Shown here: piece after piece, positions 59,936-64,000 of the stretch
Layout: each line of letters begins with the position of its first letter
How positions within the stretch are numbered: position 1 is the stretch's first letter
NCBI GenBank assembly: GCA_047606825.1
Contig: JASGDY010000131.1
Span: 3,657 to 67,656, forward strand
DNA length: 64,000 bases
Origin: Chitinophagaceae bacterium
GTDB lineage: Bacteria > Bacteroidota > Bacteroidia > Chitinophagales > Chitinophagaceae
Reading direction: 5' to 3'
The notes under the pieces: model-generated
What the model saw: only the letters and a program-made list of their open reading frames with translations
What the model was told of the DNA's origin: nothing
Database searches by the model: none
Translations under genes and position numbers: made by a program

Positions 59936-61462
59936 ATGAAACGTAGATTATTTTATATCAATAATATGGCAGTAGGCGCAATACTGCTATTGCTCGGTGG
60001 TTGTAAAAAGACACTCGACACAACGGCGGAGGTAACACCTACGTCCGAATCGTTCTGGATTTCCGAAGCTTCCGCACTAAAAGGCATCAATGCCATGTAC
60101 GAACAGTTTGACGGCGAGGAGTTTTACGGAAGAGGGTTTATGTGGTATATCAACGCCAGCGACGACATGATTACCGGACGTAGCAACAGCACGGCACAAA
60201 ACATCAAGAACTTTTCGAGCAATGCCATATCTGCGTCCTATCTGGCAGAACAGTGGTCTATGCGATTTATCGTCATTAAAAGAGCCAATGACGTGATCCG
60301 CAACCTGCCCAGGATTGCATTTGACGACGACTCTCTCAAAAACCGATATTTAGGGGAAGCCTATTTCCTGAGGGCACTGATGTATTTCCAGTTGACCTAC
60401 AACTATGCCGATGACAAAGCTGGTATTCCAATCATCAGAGAAACAGATTCAATACAGACAGAGGCAGTGGCAAGGGCAGCAAGTGCCAGCGTCAACTATG
60501 CCATGATAGATTCGGACTTTGTGCAGGCGGCAGCACTGTTGCCTTATTTCGACACTTATGAGAGTACAGACTATGGACATGCCCATAAAACGGCGGCGTG
60601 GGCTTACCTCAGCAAGTCCAAGTTGTACCAAAAAGATTACCAAGCTACCAGCCAATATGCCGACTCCGTCATCCTTAGCGGTAAGCATGCGTTGCTTTCC
60701 AATTACAAAGACGTATTTACCATTGCCAATAACTGGAGTTCTGAGTATATTTGGAGCGCGTACAGTACAGGTTCGATTACAGGCGGCTGGGGAAGTATCC
60801 TGCCAGGCGTCATGCTGGAAAACAAAGGTTGGGGATATTACAACGGTTGGGGATATTATACGCCGACCAAGGAACTCTACGATGAATTTGAGGACGGCGA
60901 CACAAGGCTTGCGGCAACAATACTGAAGCCGGGGGACACATTTACATTTTATGGCTCTTCCCGCACGTATGCGTCCGACAACAGTCTTAGCGGTTACCAG
61001 TTCAACAAATACATGGAACCATTTAGTTATTCATCGCCCGAAGGAACGTATGTCAGTACCAATGGCGACCATCCGACTACGTCCCTCTGCCCGCCTTTGA
61101 TAAGATATGCGGAAATTCTTCTTATCAAGGCAGAGGCGCTGATAATGCTGGGCGAAAGCGGCGATACTTACATCAACATGGTACGGGAAAGAGCCGGGCT
61201 GGACGACATCACCAATGCCGACCTTGACGACCTAAAACATGAAAGGCGTTGCGAACTGGCTGGCGAATGGGCAGACCGCCACCGCGACTTGGTCAGATGG
61301 GGCGACGCACAATCCACCTACGCCAATACATTGCACAGTTATTCGGGCAGCGTCGTATGGGCTGCAAGGACATTTGACTCGACCTATATGAACGTATGGC
61401 CAGTTCCGCAAAACGAGATTACAAACAGTGGTGGCGTCATCACACAAAATGCAGGTTGGTAA
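59936..61462 (+). CDS. SusD/RagB family lipoprotein
   Basis: Lipobox LGGC; GEAYFLRALMYFQL, IRYAEILLIKAEA, HERRCELAGE. Confidence 0.93.
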   Translation: MKRRLFYINNMAVGAILLLLGGCKKTLDTTAEVTPTSESFWISEASALKGINAMYEQFDGEEFYGRGFMWYINASDDMITGRSNSTAQNIKNFSSNAISASYLAEQWSMRFIVIKRANDVIRNLPRIAFDDDSLKNRYLGEAYFLRALMYFQLTYNYADDKAGIPIIRETDSIQTEAVARAASASVNYAMIDSDFVQAAALLPYFDTYESTDYGHAHKTAAWAYLSKSKLYQKDYQATSQYADSVILSGKHALLSNYKDVFTIANNWSSEYIWSAYSTGSITGGWGSILPGVMLENKGWGYYNGWGYYTPTKELYDEFEDGDTRLAATILKPGDTFTFYGSSRTYASDNSLSGYQFNKYMEPFSYSSPEGTYVSTNGDHPTTSLCPPLIRYAEILLIKAEALIMLGESGDTYINMVRERAGLDDITNADLDDLKHERRCELAGEWADRHRDLVRWGDAQSTYANTLHSYSGSVVWAARTFDSTYMNVWPVPQNEITNSGGVITQNAGW

Positions 61463-62259
61463 TGAAAATAAAAATGGATTTCAAACAATTATGGATGGGT
61501 GCTTTCCTGTCGCTCCCCTTTGTCTCGATCGGGCAGAATGCAGGCTATTCCCTCAACAAAGTGCATTCGCACAACGACTATTGGCAATCGCGTCCGTTTT
61601 ATCTGGCTTATGAACATGGGCTTGGCTCCGTGGAGGCCGACACGTATCTGTGGGACGGCGCACTGTTGGTCGCACACGATACGGTTGCCTTAAAAAAGGA
61701 AAATACCTTACAGCACCTGTATTTAGAGCCTTTGAAGGCAGCGTTGCTTTCGCATGGCGGTCATCCGTTTGCCGATACTTCGCTGCATATCCAGTTGCTG
61801 ATAGAGTTGAAAACGGAAGCCGACACGGAAATAAAAGCGATGGAAACGGCATTGCAGCAATATCCCGAAATCACCGACAACCCGCAGGTGCAAGTCGTGT
61901 TTACGGGCAACACGCCCTCCGTAAAGGCGATGCTTGCCTGTCCGACCTATATGCGGTTTGACGGCCAGCTTTCACACACGTATCCGCCGGAGGCTTTGGC
62001 GCATATTGCCATGCTGAGCGACAATCTTCAGGATTTCATAACTTGGGACGGAAAAGGCAAGCTCACGCAAAAGCAGGAAAAGGTTTTGCGTCGCTGGGTG
62101 AAGAAAGGCCATGACTTGGGAAAGAAAGTACGTTTTTGGAACGCCCCGGACAACCCGCTTGCCTGGGAAACATTTATGCGTCTCGGCGTGGACTATATCA
62201 ACACAGACCATATCGAAGCCGTCACCCAATTTTTTGAAAAGTTAAACCAAAAACAATGA
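61462..62259 (+). CDS. Secreted PI-PLC/GDPD-superfamily phosphodiesterase (Aim6-like HSHNDY family)
   Basis: VHSHNDY, GSVEADTYL...LLVAHD, LLIELK, KVRFWNAPD, GVDYINTDH; TAATG coupling to susD. Confidence 0.82.
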   Translation: MKIKMDFKQLWMGAFLSLPFVSIGQNAGYSLNKVHSHNDYWQSRPFYLAYEHGLGSVEADTYLWDGALLVAHDTVALKKENTLQHLYLEPLKAALLSHGGHPFADTSLHIQLLIELKTEADTEIKAMETALQQYPEITDNPQVQVVFTGNTPSVKAMLACPTYMRFDGQLSHTYPPEALAHIAMLSDNLQDFITWDGKGKLTQKQEKVLRRWVKKGHDLGKKVRFWNAPDNPLAWETFMRLGVDYINTDHIEAVTQFFEKLNQKQ

Positions 62260-63125
62260 TGCGTAGAAGTCATTTGAACACCTTACCGTCATTCCCGCGT
62301 AGGCGGGAATCTTTTCTACTGGTCGTTGTTTGTATCGCAGCTTGTACAATAGCCAGAGCGCAAGAAAGGGAAGTTATATTGCAGGGGACGTACAATTTCC
62401 GCGATATCGGCGGCTATCCAACCAAAGGCGGGAAAAAAATCAAATGGGAAAAGCTTTACCGCTCTGCATTCCTAACAGGACTGACAGCGGAAGACCTGGA
62501 CATTCTGCAAAGCCGCAAGGTTGCCCGTGTCATCGACTTCCGAGGTCCCAAGGAGATTGCTTTTGCGCCGGACAAGCTGCCGCAAGGCACACAGCATATT
62601 GTGCTTTCGGCGGGAAGTGTCAACGACGGCCCTGACGACTGGGAGGACATGGCAAACGAGATGAAAACCAAAACGGAAGACGAATCCGAACAGGGCGCAT
62701 ATAACTATTACCGCAATGTGTCTTCGTTTGCCGACCGCTACCGACCGATGTTTGAACAGATGCTGAAACTGCCGCAGGACAGTGCATTGGTATTCCATTG
62801 CGTCGGCGGAAAAGACAGGACCGGTATTGCCGCCGCCCTGATACAGTATGTGCTGGGCGTGGACTACAAGGATATCATGAGTGATTTTGAACTGACCAAC
62901 CAATACCGCGCACGTTACAACAAGGAAATATCCGAACTCCTCGTCCGAAAATACGGCGTATCGCCCGACCGCGCCAAGTTGTATGGCCTGGCAAAAGCCA
63001 AATTCCTGCAAGCATCCTTTGACGCATTGGCAAAGCAATATGGTTCGTTGGATTTGTTCGTCAAAAACGGTCTAGGGCTGGACGACAGCAAAATCGCAAA
63101 GCTGAAAGCAATGTATTTGTATTAA
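62256..63125 (+). CDS. Secreted tyrosine/lipid/inositol phosphatase (Y_phosphatase3, CX5R)
   Basis: YNFRDIGGY, LYRSA, VIDFR, VFHCVGGKDRTG P-loop, IMSDFELTN; signal peptide. Confidence 0.9.
   Translation: MMRRSHLNTLPSFPRRRESFLLVVVCIAACTIARAQEREVILQGTYNFRDIGGYPTKGGKKIKWEKLYRSAFLTGLTAEDLDILQSRKVARVIDFRGPKEIAFAPDKLPQGTQHIVLSAGSVNDGPDDWEDMANEMKTKTEDESEQGAYNYYRNVSSFADRYRPMFEQMLKLPQDSALVFHCVGGKDRTGIAAALIQYVLGVDYKDIMSDFELTNQYRARYNKEISELLVRKYGVSPDRAKLYGLAKAKFLQASFDALAKQYGSLDLFVKNGLGLDDSKIAKLKAMYLY
62291..62310. repeat. ATTCCC-N8-GGGAAT palindromic repeat inside the phosphatase 5' coding region
   Basis: ATTCCCGCGTAGGCGGGAAT, translated SFPRRRES; degenerate relative at 49540-49562. Confidence 0.7.
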
Positions 63126-63155
63126 AAAAAGCCAACAACGATTAAAACAGACTGA

Positions 63156-64000
63156 ATGGCGAAGAAAAAAAGACATGGATTGAATGTATGGTGCAATATA
63201 TTGGCATTGGGTGGTTGCTTGTTTTCGGCACACGCCCAGCAAAACAATCCCGCTGATGCCGCCCGACAATTGGTCGCAAGAGTGCTGCCAAGCTACGCCG
63301 ACAGCTTCGCTTTTGAAGTATTGACGGACTGCGCCAAAGACAGTTTCTCCATTGTCATGCGCAAGGACGGTAGGGTGTTGATACACGGCAACAACGGCGT
63401 GTCGATGGCTTCGGGATTTTATACCTATCTCACGGACTATTGCCATGCCAATATCACTTGGGACAGCCGCCAATTGGACATGCCGGTTCCGATGCCTAAA
63501 CCCGTCGGCACGGTTGGAAAATCTTCTTTGTACAAAGACCGCTACTATCTCAACTACTGTACCTACAACTATTCGATGTCGTGGTGGGACTGGAACCGCT
63601 GGCAACAGGAAATCGACTGGATGGCTATGCACGGCATCAATATGCCTTTGGCGTTGACGGGAGAGGAAGCTGTCTGGAAAGAAGTATATAGCGACCTGGG
63701 ATTGAGCCGACAGGATTTGGGTACGTTTTTTTCGGGTCCAGCATATTTTTCCTGGTTTTGGATGGGCAATCTGGACGGTTGGAACGGTCCGCTTTCGGAC
63801 AACTGGATGTCCCGCCAACGGCAATTACAACAGAAAATCCTCCAAAGGGAAAGAGAACTGGGAATGACACCCGTACTTCCGGCTTTTACCGGACACGTAC
63901 CCCAATCCCTGCGTAAACACTATCCACAGGCAAAAATCAAAAACACCAACTGGGACGCAGGTTTTGAGGATGTCTGCATTTTGGATGCGGAAGACCCACT
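63156..64000 (+). CDS. GH89 alpha-N-acetylglucosaminidase, N-terminal part (3' end outside window; absent from the ORF track)
   Basis: Manual translation from ATG 63156: signal peptide, HGNNGVSMASG, RYYLNYCTYNYSMSWWDWNRWQQEIDWMAMHGINMPLALTGEEAVW, GPAYFSWFWMGNLDGWNGPL, ELGMTPVLPAFTGHVP. Confidence 0.93.
   Translation, partial: MAKKKRHGLNVWCNILALGGCLFSAHAQQNNPADAARQLVARVLPSYADSFAFEVLTDCAKDSFSIVMRKDGRVLIHGNNGVSMASGFYTYLTDYCHANITWDSRQLDMPVPMPKPVGTVGKSSLYKDRYYLNYCTYNYSMSWWDWNRWQQEIDWMAMHGINMPLALTGEEAVWKEVYSDLGLSRQDLGTFFSGPAYFSWFWMGNLDGWNGPLSDNWMSRQRQLQQKILQRERELGMTPVLPAFTGHVPQSLRKHYPQAKIKNTNWDAGFEDVCILDAEDP

Noticed and set aside
63072-63824. 250-aa minus-strand ORF
   Set aside because: Antisense to the GH89 gene, which the ORF track missed because it has no stop in the window.
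1-64000. CRISPR array, rRNA, intact integrase or transposase, DNA-inversion switch
   Set aside because: None found by eye. The susC duplicate is a direct repeat, not inverted, and the only recombinase seen is a pseudogene.

Overview
Bacteroidota chromosomal window (TAnnTTTG -7 promoter motifs, SusC/SusD systems); a Chitinophagaceae-like host is my inference. Left to right: (1) the end of an SNF2 helicase and a SAM methyltransferase. (2) A ~28 kb xylan/glucuronoxylan utilisation locus (1.4-29.6 kb). It has a SASA esterase and a leftward arm of two tandem SusC/SusD pairs, an IPT/TIG surface protein, a CBM-interrupted GH10 and a GH2. Its rightward arm carries GH43, GH10, a GPH/MFS transporter, GH43_1, uxuA and GH67. 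The locus contains four copies of a LacI-type operator (TGNAACCGATTNCA) and a duplicated promoter plus internally deleted susC remnant between the two SusC/D pairs. (3) A 263-bp MITE and a TonB siderophore receptor. (4) A decayed tandem island at tRNA-Ser(CGA): a serine-recombinase relic ending in a degenerate tRNA 3' copy, then prophage debris (HTH, lipoprotein, S24 repressor fragment, frameshifted polyvalent-protein-like fragment). (5) Core genes (TPR, PstS-like, hemL, TlpA, racemase, queA, TonB receptor, ferritin, NfuA) interrupted by two stand-alone toxin-antitoxin islets (AbiE-type and PemK/MazF-type). (6) A DUF6067-like secreted glycoside hydrolase candidate and an ECF-sigma/FecR-controlled SusC/D locus that combines a PI-PLC/GDPD-like phosphodiesterase, a secreted CX5R phosphatase and a GH89 alpha-N-acetylglucosaminidase running off the window end. 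All calls come from motif recognition by eye; no searches were run, and identities and GC differences are visual estimates.
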